Source: an uncultured Candidatus Saccharibacteria bacterium
Lineage (GTDB): Bacteria > Patescibacteriota > Minisyncoccia > Phycocordibacterales > VMEP01
Assembly (NCBI GenBank): GCA_964579635.1
Contig: CAZOFV010000004.1
Coordinates: 817-64,816, forward strand
DNA: 64,000 bases
Direction of reading: 5' to 3'
In this document: in pieces, positions 11,394-19,606 of the stretch
How positions within the stretch are numbered: the stretch's first letter is position 1
How the letters are laid out: each line of letters begins with the position of its first letter
Notes under the pieces: generated by a model
The model's input: the letters and a program-made list of their open reading frames with translations, nothing else
The model's database searches: none
Told to the model about the DNA's origin: nothing
Position numbers and translations under genes: made by a program

Positions 11394-11483
11394 ATTTTTA
11401 TTACAAAGTTATAAATTAAATACTTTTAATTAAAATTATTATACCGAATAATTTCTAATTGTCAACTAATTATCTCCCTTATT

Positions 11484-12056
11484 TTACTCGCTAAAAACAA
11501 AAACTTTCACTTTTGCTGGTCTTATTACTTTCCCTTGTAGAACATATCCATTCTGAATTATTTCCGCAATCACGTGATCGTTTTCCTTGTCTTTCGTTTG
11601 GATGTTTTCTACCGCATTGTGGTAATTTGGATCAAAAACTTCACCTATCTTACCAATCTCCTCTACTCCCATATTGCTTATTGATGTTTTCAGCTGTGAC
11701 GCAATATATTCAACCCCCTTACGCCAATTTTCATCAACCTTTTCCCATGATTCTTTGTTGGCAAAAGCTAAAGCAAAACTATCAAGTACCGGCAATATTT
11801 CTAAAACCATTCTCTCACTAGCAATGCGTGTCGCATTTGTCCCTGATGTAAGCTCGTCTTTTCTTGCGTTTATATAATCTGCCTTAGCCCTCTGCCAACC
11901 AGCTAAATATTCATCTCTTTCCTTTAGCGCTGTGGCCAACTTATCACGGAGTTCTTTAATTTTTTGTTTAGAAACAGAAATTTCACCTTCGCTTTCGTCT
12001 GGTTCAAAAGCAAAGTCGTCTTTGATATTTTCCTCCTCGTTTAATTCATCTGTCAT
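11484..12056 (-). CDS. grpE: nucleotide exchange factor GrpE
   Basis: 190 aa with an acidic N-terminus, a coiled-coil region and a conserved GrpE C-terminal beta domain (…IIQNGYVLQGKVIRPAKV). Confidence 0.85.
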   Translation of the reverse strand: MTDELNEEENIKDDFAFEPDESEGEISVSKQKIKELRDKLATALKERDEYLAGWQRAKADYINARKDELTSGTNATRIASERMVLEILPVLDSFALAFANKESWEKVDENWRKGVEYIASQLKTSISNMGVEEIGKIGEVFDPNYHNAVENIQTKDKENDHVIAEIIQNGYVLQGKVIRPAKVKVFVFSE

Positions 12057-12128
12057 AAATTTAAATAATTATGAGCTACTTTTTACATAGATCAAATTAT
12101 AGATAAATAGTTGAGTGTTATTAGAAAA

Positions 12129-12566
12129 CTAACGTTTCGACCACTGTGGAGCCTTTCGTGCCTTCTTCAAACCGAACTTCCTTCTTTCCTTCATTCTTGG
12201 GTCACGCTTTAGATAACCAAGTCTTTTTAATCGAGTTTTCAATTCCTCATCTGTTGTAGATAGCGCGCGAGCTATTCCGTGTCGCACAGCCTCTGCTTGA
12301 GAGTGAATACCACCACCCTTAACAAGTGCTGTAACAGAGTATTTCTCTAGTGGCTTTGCTTTATTGAAAGCATCCGTGATAATTCCCTGCATTTCTTCTG
12401 TTGGGAAATATTCTTTGTAATCTTTCTCATTAACAATAACATTCAATTTTGCTCCAGGAGTTACACGAACACGAGCAGATGATGTCTTGCGACGACCAAC
12501 TGTCTCAATATAGCGTCCTTCTTTTTTTGTTTTTGTTGTAGTTTCCATATTATTATTCGGTGACAA
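12129..12566 (-). CDS. rpsI: 30S ribosomal protein S9
   Basis: C-terminal …RDPRMKERRKFGLKKARKAPQWSKR is characteristic of S9. The start may be at the internal Met. Confidence 0.9.
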   Translation of the reverse strand: MSPNNNMETTTKTKKEGRYIETVGRRKTSSARVRVTPGAKLNVIVNEKDYKEYFPTEEMQGIITDAFNKAKPLEKYSVTALVKGGGIHSQAEAVRHGIARALSTTDEELKTRLKRLGYLKRDPRMKERRKFGLKKARKAPQWSKR

Positions 12567-12897
12567 TCAAATTCTTTAACATAACAGCCTGCAATCTATT
12601 TTTAGGAAGCATTCCTGTGATTGCAATCAACATAACTTCTTTCATTCCTTTTTTCTCAGCAACTTCTTCTAAACGCCTTTCTTTTAAACCACCTGGGTAT
12701 CCAGAGTATGTATGAAATAAAGTTTGTTTCTTTTTCTTTTCTGTAACCTTTGCTTTTGCGCAGTTCGTGACAGTAACTACAACCTCAGGTGCTTTGTTTC
12801 GCACAAAAGATGTTGTGTTTTTACCCATAAGTAAAGACGCTGCTTCTGTTGCAACTCTACCTATTGTTTTTCCTGTGGCATCTATTGTGTATTTCAT
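12553..12897 (-). CDS. rplM: 50S ribosomal protein L13 (short form)
   Basis: IDATGKTIGRVAT… and …GMLPKN motifs align with L13. It overlaps rpsI by 14 nt. Confidence 0.85.
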   Translation of the reverse strand: MKYTIDATGKTIGRVATEAASLLMGKNTTSFVRNKAPEVVVTVTNCAKAKVTEKKKKQTLFHTYSGYPGGLKERRLEEVAEKKGMKEVMLIAITGMLPKNRLQAVMLKNLIVTE

Positions 12898-12905
12898 AAT
12901 CTTTT

Positions 12906-13262
12906 TTATATAAATTCAATAACAGCAAGCTTACTTGCATCACCCTTTCTTGGTGTTGAAAGCTTAGTTATACGAGTATAACCACCTGGTCTTTCAGCGT
13001 ACTTAGGGGCAATAACTTCAAAAAGTTTCTTTACCTCCTTAGTGCTGTTGAAAAACTCAGCACCAACAAGTCGTCTTGAAGCAAGAGAATCTTTTTTTGC
13101 TCTCGTAACAAATTTTTCAATATATGGTCGAAGTTCTTTTGCTTTTGCTTCTGTGGTTTTTATTTTTCCACGAATAATAAGAGCAAGTGCGAGAGAACGC
13201 ATAAGTGCCTTTCTCACTTTTCTTACACGACCGAATTTTCTGTTTGCATTATGGTGACGCAT
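12906..13262 (-). CDS. rplQ: 50S ribosomal protein L17
   Basis: MRHHNANRKFGR… is the conserved L17 N-terminus. Confidence 0.9.
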   Translation of the reverse strand: MRHHNANRKFGRVRKVRKALMRSLALALIIRGKIKTTEAKAKELRPYIEKFVTRAKKDSLASRRLVGAEFFNSTKEVKKLFEVIAPKYAERPGGYTRITKLSTPRKGDASKLAVIEFI

Positions 13263-13263
13263 G

Positions 13264-14232
13264 TTATTTTAGTGTGATTCCGAAATTGCCAAGTACGCGC
13301 TTAATTTCCTGAATTCCTTTTTCTCCTAAACCGCCGACTTCAAGTAAATCATCTTTCTTTTTTCGTGCCAAGCCTCCAATTGTGCGAATATTTGCGTTAG
13401 TCAAAGCATTTAATGTTCTTGTTGAAAAATCGAGAGTTTCGATTCTTGTCTTCATAACATCATCATCCTCAACTTTCTCACCTTCGCCTTCATTTTTATT
13501 GGAAGACTGAGCAACGTGACCATCAATCTCAACTTCAGGCTCTTTAAAACCAACAATAGCCTTAAGCTGATGAATCATAACCTCAATAGAGCTTTCAAGA
13601 GCCTCTCGTGGTGTTAACGTTCCATCGGTCTCTACGAAAATACGAAGACGATTATAATCTGTACGATCACCAACGCGCATGTTTTCAACCTCGTAGTTAA
13701 CACGGCGAATTGGGGTAAAAATAGCGTCTACCGCGATATTCCCTATATCAACCTTATCTTTGTGCATAGCCTCTTTTGGAACATAACCAAGGCCTTTTTC
13801 AATACTTATTTCAATATTTAAAGATGCGCTTTTACCAACAAGTTCTGCAATATACGCATCACCATTTAGAACCTCAACTTGTCCTGGAGTTGTAATATCT
13901 TTTGCTGTTACAACCTTAGGTCCTTTTACAGACAAAGTAACTTTCTGTGGTTCATCTGTGAGCAACTTAAAACGAACTTTTTTCAAATTCAACAAAAGCC
14001 CAACAACGTCTTCTTTTACTCCATCTATAACAGAAAACTCATGACTAACTCCATCTATTTTAAGCGCAGTTATAGCTGCCCCAGGAAGTGAGGATAGAAT
14101 TATACGACGAAGAGAGTTACCTAGCGTGTGTCCATAACCAGGATAAAGTCCCTCTATTTCAAAAACAGCACTTGTCTCCTCTTCCGAAATAACTTTCGGC
14201 TTTGAAGGTAAAATAATGTTGTTGTCAGACAT
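13264..14232 (-). CDS. rpoA: DNA-directed RNA polymerase alpha subunit
   Basis: 322 aa with an N-terminal dimerisation domain and an alpha-CTD (…LNALTNANIRTIGGL…), in the expected position between rpsD and rplQ. Confidence 0.9.
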   Translation of the reverse strand: MSDNNIILPSKPKVISEEETSAVFEIEGLYPGYGHTLGNSLRRIILSSLPGAAITALKIDGVSHEFSVIDGVKEDVVGLLLNLKKVRFKLLTDEPQKVTLSVKGPKVVTAKDITTPGQVEVLNGDAYIAELVGKSASLNIEISIEKGLGYVPKEAMHKDKVDIGNIAVDAIFTPIRRVNYEVENMRVGDRTDYNRLRIFVETDGTLTPREALESSIEVMIHQLKAIVGFKEPEVEIDGHVAQSSNKNEGEGEKVEDDDVMKTRIETLDFSTRTLNALTNANIRTIGGLARKKKDDLLEVGGLGEKGIQEIKRVLGNFGITLK

Positions 14233-14255
14233 AATATTTTTTTAAAATTAATAAA

Positions 14256-14888
14256 TTAACGACTATAAAATTCAATCACCGAATGTAAATTAACCGTCAT
14301 ATCCTTATCTTTCTCTAAAGGAAGGCCTTTAATTTCTGCTTTGCCGTTCTTTGCGTCAAAAGAAATCCATCCTGGTACCTTGTGGTCTATCATTCTTTTT
14401 CCCGCTTCGATTATTGGGGAAGTTTCCTTACTTCCTTCTCTAACCGCGATAACATCTCCAACCTTAATTGCTCTTGATGGAACCATTGAGCGAACTCCGT
14501 TGACTGTAATGTGTCCATGAGAAACCATTTGCCTTGCCATTGTTCTTGATTTTGCTAAACCAAGGCGGAAAGTAATGTTGTCGAGACGATTTTCAAGGCT
14601 TTGATAAAGACGCTCTGCTGGATCACCTGATTTCTTTGCAGATGCCTTAATGACATAATTGGAAAACTGTTTTTCACTTACGCCATAAATATTACGAACT
14701 TTCTGTTTCTCACGGAGCTGTCGGCCGTATTCAGTAATAGTTGATTTGTGTTTTCTTTCTGAATCTAGTTTACCTGGTGGATAAGGCTTTTTATTAAAAA
14801 CACACTTTGGAGTAAAACACTTCTCCCCTTTAAGGAAAAGTTTTTCTCCAGCACGACGACAGACTTTACATTTTTTATCGATTATCAT
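14256..14888 (-). CDS. rpsD: 30S ribosomal protein S4
   Basis: N-terminal zinc ribbon CKVCRRAGEKLFLKGEKC and an S4 RNA-binding domain. Confidence 0.9.
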   Translation of the reverse strand: MIIDKKCKVCRRAGEKLFLKGEKCFTPKCVFNKKPYPPGKLDSERKHKSTITEYGRQLREKQKVRNIYGVSEKQFSNYVIKASAKKSGDPAERLYQSLENRLDNITFRLGLAKSRTMARQMVSHGHITVNGVRSMVPSRAIKVGDVIAVREGSKETSPIIEAGKRMIDHKVPGWISFDAKNGKAEIKGLPLEKDKDMTVNLHSVIEFYSR

Positions 14889-14893
14889 GATAT

Positions 14894-15328
14894 TTATATT
14901 CTTCGTGGTTTCTTAGGTTTTGGTCCATTGTGTGGAACAGGTGTCTTGTCTTTGACGCTCTCCAAATCAATCCCTTTGGCGATAAAAGCTCTAACTAAAG
15001 ACTCTCTTCCAGAACCAACTCCTTTTATAACGACATTTACCTCTTTCATACCAACAAGCATTCCTTTTTCTCCCATAAGTTCGCCAACTTTAGCAGCAGC
15101 AAAAGGAGTACCTTTCTTCGCACCCTTAAAACCGAGAGCGCCGGAAGATGACCAAAACAAAGCGTTACCACTTTTATCTGCCAAAAGTGCTTTAGTGTTG
15201 TTGTACGTTGCCTGCACAAAAAGAGTTCCTGATGCAACTTTTTTCTTTGGAACCTTAGATAAAGAGCGAGATTTTAATCCCTCGTCAGCTCCACTTCCAC
15301 CCTTTTTTATAATTCTTTTTTTACCCAT
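14894..15328 (-). CDS. rpsK: 30S ribosomal protein S11
   Basis: Conserved S11 core (…GSGRESLVRAF… / …TPVPHNG…). Confidence 0.9.
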   Translation of the reverse strand: MGKKRIIKKGGSGADEGLKSRSLSKVPKKKVASGTLFVQATYNNTKALLADKSGNALFWSSSGALGFKGAKKGTPFAAAKVGELMGEKGMLVGMKEVNVVIKGVGSGRESLVRAFIAKGIDLESVKDKTPVPHNGPKPKKPRRI

Positions 15329-15334
15329 GTTATT

Positions 15335-15715
15335 TTATGTTTTTTCAGCCTTACGTCTTCCCGAACCCATAGTCTTACGAACATTACCACGAACCGTACG
15401 AGAATTTGTTTTTGTGCGTTGACCGCGAGCTGGAAGTTTTTTTGCATGTCTTGTTCCGCGATAAGATTTAATATCTTTTAATCGCTTAACATTCCCACTT
15501 ATTTCGCGCCTCAAATCACCTTCTAGTTTTAAAGATTCAATTTCTTTACGAATTTTTGCTTCTTCTTCGGTGCTTAGCTCTGTTGCTTTTTTACCATGAG
15601 GAACTCCTGCGCGATCAAGTATAGCCTGAGCTCTAGCACGACCAATACCATAAAAAACAGTTAGAGCTATCTCTAATCTTTTTTGTTCTGGAACTGTTAT
15701 ACCAAAAATTCTCAT
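15335..15715 (-). CDS. rpsM: 30S ribosomal protein S13
   Basis: MRIFGITVPEQKRLEIALTVFYGIGRARA… is the conserved S13 N-terminus. Confidence 0.9.
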   Translation of the reverse strand: MRIFGITVPEQKRLEIALTVFYGIGRARAQAILDRAGVPHGKKATELSTEEEAKIRKEIESLKLEGDLRREISGNVKRLKDIKSYRGTRHAKKLPARGQRTKTNSRTVRGNVRKTMGSGRRKAEKT

Positions 15716-15731
15716 GTTTATATTTAAGCTT

Positions 15732-15845
15732 AAGACTATCCTTGTCTTTGTTTATGTCGTGGATTATCGCAAATGACAACAACTAAACCCTTACGGCGTA
15801 CCATTTTACATTTTGCACATCTTTTTTTTACCGACGACTTTACTT
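15732..15845 (-). CDS. rpmJ: 50S ribosomal protein L36
   Basis: Manual translation gives [37 protein letters not shown] (37 aa). It has the C-x2-C…C-x4-H zinc ribbon of L36 and lies between infA and rpsM as expected. It is not in the supplied track because it is under 60 aa. Confidence 0.85.
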
Positions 15846-15932
15846 TCATTTTTTTATTTAAAATTTTGCACTAAAAAAAACAGAACCCAACCCTTTTTAA
15901 GGGAGTGTTGTGTAAACCACATACTACAATAT

Positions 15933-16151
15933 CTATAATCTTTTTACAACCCTGCCTTTTCCACCATATGGATCAAGCTGTACGGAAACCCTATCTCCAA
16001 CCAAAACCTTTATTCGATTAAAGCGCATTTTCCCTCCTAAGTAGGCAAGAATCTCTGATCCATCCTTAAGCGTAACCTTAAAAAGGGTGCTAGGTAACGC
16101 TTCGGTTACAACCCCTTCCTTTACTAATTCTGGATCAACTTCATTACTCAT
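15933..16151 (-). CDS. infA: translation initiation factor IF-1
   Basis: 72 aa; aligns along its full length with bacterial IF-1 (…LPSTLFKVTLKDG…GKMR…). Confidence 0.9.
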   Translation of the reverse strand: MSNEVDPELVKEGVVTEALPSTLFKVTLKDGSEILAYLGGKMRFNRIKVLVGDRVSVQLDPYGGKGRVVKRL

Positions 16152-16152
16152 T

Positions 16153-16181
16153 TAGTGCTTAAAATATAACAAAATAATGAT
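16153..16181 (-). promoter_or_regulatory. candidate sigma70 promoter (TTGACT-N17-TATATT) directly upstream of the infA ATG
   Basis: Minus-strand sequence reads TTGACTaaaaatcattattttgtTATATTttaagcactaaATG. The -10 box is only about 8 nt from the start codon and there is no SD, so the transcript would be leaderless or short-leadered. Confidence 0.35.
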
Positions 16182-16190
16182 TTTTAGTCA

Positions 16191-16340
16191 AATTCTTTTT
16201 ACATACACCCTTAAAATACACGCATAAAATTCTGCTGAATTTTCGCTCTGCTCGCCCCGTCGGTCTGCGCAAGGTATTTTAGGGGTGTATGTGAGGAATA
16301 AAATACTATAAAAGACGCACGTAATTTTCTGCTGAATTTT
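16191..16340. repeat. 18-bp inverted repeat plus 14-bp direct repeat in the infA upstream region
   Basis: Inverted repeat: acatacacccttaaaata (16191-16208) versus tattttaggggtgtatgt (16265-16282), one mismatch. Direct repeat: ttctgctgaatttt at 16220-16233 and 16327-16340. Confidence 0.6.
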
Positions 16341-16510
16341 TCTACACTCGCACTCGTCGTGCTCCGTAATGTTTTTAAAACGGAAAAATTGGGAATTTTT
16401 AAGAAAACTCACAAGCAAGTCTGTGTAAAGTATTTTCTACTTTATATTTTTATTACATAAAAATATAAACCCTTGTTTTTTCTAAAAACTGTGGTTAAAT
16501 CACTTAAGGT

Positions 16511-16897
16511 TTGTATGTGTCCCAACAACACACACAAAATTCCATGTGTTCTTTTACCACACAACTTGTAATGAAAGGATTAAAAATGAGATTTCCTTAT
16601 TGTCACACGCCAGTTGATCCCGAAATAAGCAGGATGGCCGAGGCAAGAATCAACGCACTGACTGATAAACGCAAAAGAGAAGTCCGGCGCGAACTGTATG
16701 AAAACAAGATTCCGTTTCGACCAAAAGGATGCTCCTGTGGCAAATGCGACATCATGGAATACGACCAATGGATTATCGGGGATGAAACCTGTAATACCGA
16801 ACTAAATTTTTTTTGGAATCCGGAAGTTTTCAGCGATTTTGAAAAATTCATTGTTCAGTGGAAAGAGTACAAAACGGGGCAAACCGCTACGGAGTAA
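16511..16897 (+). CDS. hypothetical Cys-containing small protein of atypical composition
   Basis: 128-aa ORF with visibly higher GC than its surroundings. Contains CHT…CSCGKCD…C. Likely start at an internal Met (MKGLKMRF… or MRFPYCHT…). Followed by a strong terminator. No family recognised. Confidence 0.4.
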   Translation: MYVSQQHTQNSMCSFTTQLVMKGLKMRFPYCHTPVDPEISRMAEARINALTDKRKREVRRELYENKIPFRPKGCSCGKCDIMEYDQWIIGDETCNTELNFFWNPEVFSDFEKFIVQWKEYKTGQTATE

Positions 16898-16930
16898 TAT
16901 CTAGGCGCTTCACTTCCATTGTTAAAAAAC

Positions 16931-16964
16931 CAAAATCCCTGAGGGCTACCTCGGGGATTTTTCG
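16931..16964. terminator. bidirectional intrinsic terminator between convergent genes
   Basis: 10-bp stem atccctgagg/cctcggggat with a GCUA loop, an A-tract upstream and TTTTT downstream. Confidence 0.6.
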
Positions 16965-16984
16965 TATATATAAAGCGATAAAAA

Positions 16985-18343
16985 CTAATTATCGCTAACC
17001 TGAACAATTGAAATTTTTTCTTCGTTTGTTGGGATGTAGCGAGCCCAAAAAGGATTAACCGAAAGGGTTGCGGTTTTAATCCCTTTATGGCTCGTTAGTA
17101 AAGCGTTAAATTCATTCCTTGGTTTACCAGCAACATCTTTCTTCAGTTTATCAAAATCTACAACAGCCTCAGCTGTTGCCACGCCGTTTAAGGTAAATTC
17201 TAGATTTGTTACTTCAAGTATAGGTGTGTTATTGTTACCAAAAGCAAAAGTAAGGTTTTCTGTATCTTTTAGAGTAATACTATCAACATCTTTCATTAAA
17301 TAATTTGTTTTCTTTAAAACCTCTTTTGCTAACAAATCTTTCGGAAGTAATATTCCAACGTAAGTTCCTTTTTCTTTAACAATAACTCCACTTTCGTTCT
17401 TAACATCATCTTTTGTTTCAAAAGAAACTTCTGATGCTTCTTTAAACAAAACAAATCCTTCTGGTATTTGAGATGAAACTTGCCTTGTTAAAGAATCTTT
17501 AATGGAAGTCCTTAGTTCATTTCTCGCTGTGTTAATGGCTGCCGGAGAAGCTGTTTGAACACTACCAACATAACCACCCTTTATTTCACCTTTAGATCTA
17601 GCGTAAAACTTGCTGTATCTCGGATCACCTTTAAAGCCTGTAACAGTGAAATCGGCTAATCCGATGTTGTATTGTTCTCCCGGCTTGTCAGCATAAATAG
17701 AAACCTCAACCGATCCAGGAACCATTTCGCCGTTTACAGTCTTAAGACCTGGAACAACTACACTATCTACAATTCGGTATATCTTACCGTCTGTAGTTTC
17801 AAGTCGAGTATCTTTAAGTAATTTCTGAGTCGCGGTGCTATAAGCATTGTAAATTACCACCCGACCAGTGGCTTTTTCTGAAACATCCCTGGTTCCAGTA
17901 GAAGCAACAAGCTTACTTCCTTCTTCAGAAAAATTAACAGTTTCAAAATAAAGATTTGCTTTTGAGTCACTTTTCTTAGCCGCAAAACTACCTGAAACTT
18001 GAATTTGTTCTGATTTTGGGACAATTTTTAAATCTGCTCCAGAAAATATTACAGAAATTATTATATAAAAAGTAAAAATTACAACAGTTGGAACTGAAAA
18101 CCATGCTGTTTTCTTTATAAGATTCTTTGTTTTACCGACATTTTCGTTAGTAATTTTGTCGCCACGATGAATAGCTTGTTCTTTTAAAATATGCTCAACT
18201 TCTTTTTTCTTCGGTAAGATTTTTATTTCTCTATTTTTTATTGGAGTATGCTTGGCCTCCCCTTTCTGTAAAACATCAGAAAGCGGCCTTCTCTTATCAC
18301 TATGATGAAACATAACATCGTTTAAAATTCTCTTTTCCTTCAT
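16985..18343 (-). CDS. hypothetical bitopic membrane protein
   Basis: 452 aa with a basic cytoplasmic N-terminus of about 90 aa, a single TM (WFSVPTVVIFTFYIIISVIF) and a large extracytoplasmic domain. No family recognised. Confidence 0.6.
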   Translation of the reverse strand: MKEKRILNDVMFHHSDKRRPLSDVLQKGEAKHTPIKNREIKILPKKKEVEHILKEQAIHRGDKITNENVGKTKNLIKKTAWFSVPTVVIFTFYIIISVIFSGADLKIVPKSEQIQVSGSFAAKKSDSKANLYFETVNFSEEGSKLVASTGTRDVSEKATGRVVIYNAYSTATQKLLKDTRLETTDGKIYRIVDSVVVPGLKTVNGEMVPGSVEVSIYADKPGEQYNIGLADFTVTGFKGDPRYSKFYARSKGEIKGGYVGSVQTASPAAINTARNELRTSIKDSLTRQVSSQIPEGFVLFKEASEVSFETKDDVKNESGVIVKEKGTYVGILLPKDLLAKEVLKKTNYLMKDVDSITLKDTENLTFAFGNNNTPILEVTNLEFTLNGVATAEAVVDFDKLKKDVAGKPRNEFNALLTSHKGIKTATLSVNPFWARYIPTNEEKISIVQVSDN

Positions 18344-18359
18344 ATTTAGATTATATCAT

Positions 18360-19577
18360 CTAGTCTTGTTCAAGACGAAAGTTTCCGTTATTGCTATGAA
18401 TAATATAGAAAACCCCTATTCCTAAAAATGTATCTATTTCCTCCTTTTCAAAAATGTGTTTTCCTCTTGTATTAAAAAGATTATTTGTATCAACAACAGA
18501 AAATGGTGTGTGGGTCATAACATACTGACTAAAACTTTCTTTTTTTATACCGTCGACCAGCCATTTTTTAATATCATCGTCAGATGTAAGAAAAACCTGA
18601 TCTGGTAGGTAGAAGGTATCTGCCAATTTAGCTAAAGATTTTTCAAAAGAAACAACCCATGAATCAAATACCTCAGAAAAAGCCTTCTCCATTTTTAAAC
18701 TTACCTCTTGGCTTGTCTTACCCTTAAAAAAAGCTCCCAACAAAGAAATAATTTCTTCTGCTGGCCTATGTAGAGACGAAGATAATCTACGAAAAATCGT
18801 GTTTCTTCCCAAGGGAAAAGATGTTATCTCAAGCAAAGCGCCATTCAAAACAAATGCGATGTCTGTCACCTCCCCACTAACGTCAACCAAAAGGGCATCG
18901 TCAAATTTCGGGTAAAGCTCACGGGCTGCAAAAAAATACGCCAAAGGAAAAGTTCCAAAAACAATTTCAATTTTAGGAAAAACATTTTTAACGGAAGTAC
19001 TAAATGCCTCTAAAACAATCTCTGGGGCAACGCTTAAATATAGGGGCATTTCGATAGTCTTTACCTTTTTACCAAAAGGATTCTCTGTCTCATAGCCATT
19101 ACATTTTAATTGAACTATATGCTGTTCAATTAAAACCAAATTATCTTCTTCTGCTGCTTTTTTAAATCTCCCCTTTATGTGTTCATTCTTGAATGCATTA
19201 CTTTCTTTTTTAACCAACTCTAAAAATAATTCCTCCGTAAAGATAAACGGATCGCGCTTACGCAAATTAACAACTCGTGTTTGAGATGCATACCAAGGAG
19301 AAGCTAAAATTAAATAAGCTTTTTTAATAGGATAATTTAAATCCTCTTTTATTTTTTTTGTCGCATTTTCAATACTTTTGGCGACAGTTTTCGTGAAGCG
19401 GTCAAAACGTAAATGTTCTTGAAATGGAATATTTTCTCTATGTATTTCTTTAAGTGTCCCCTTATCTATGACGTTGTTTTTGTTATTAGAAATTTCTGCG
19501 ACCGCAACACCAATACTCCCATTTCCAACATCAAATAAAAGAACAAACTCCTTATTATTTTTTGAAAAAAATCCCAT
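18360..19577 (-). CDS. actin-like (ASKHA superfamily) ATPase, FtsA/PilM/Ppx-GppA-like
   Basis: Phosphate-1-like LLFDVGNGSIGVAV near the N-terminus and phosphate-2-like VDVSGEVTDIAFV later; 405 aa. The precise family is not resolved. Confidence 0.45.
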   Translation of the reverse strand: MGFFSKNNKEFVLLFDVGNGSIGVAVAEISNNKNNVIDKGTLKEIHRENIPFQEHLRFDRFTKTVAKSIENATKKIKEDLNYPIKKAYLILASPWYASQTRVVNLRKRDPFIFTEELFLELVKKESNAFKNEHIKGRFKKAAEEDNLVLIEQHIVQLKCNGYETENPFGKKVKTIEMPLYLSVAPEIVLEAFSTSVKNVFPKIEIVFGTFPLAYFFAARELYPKFDDALLVDVSGEVTDIAFVLNGALLEITSFPLGRNTIFRRLSSSLHRPAEEIISLLGAFFKGKTSQEVSLKMEKAFSEVFDSWVVSFEKSLAKLADTFYLPDQVFLTSDDDIKKWLVDGIKKESFSQYVMTHTPFSVVDTNNLFNTRGKHIFEKEEIDTFLGIGVFYIIHSNNGNFRLEQD

Positions 19578-19606
19578 AAATCTATTTCTAAAATTGTATC
19601 ACACCA

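Noticed and set aside
12057-12128. CIRCE (HrcA) operator upstream of grpE-dnaK-dnaJ
   Set aside because: No TTAGCACTC-N9-GAGTGCTAA-like inverted repeat was found in the grpE or dnaK upstream regions.
16188-16418. 76-aa minus-strand ORF in the infA upstream region
   Set aside because: It lies entirely within the repeat and hairpin regulatory region, has no RBS and a Cys/Phe-rich low-complexity translation. It is most likely not a gene.
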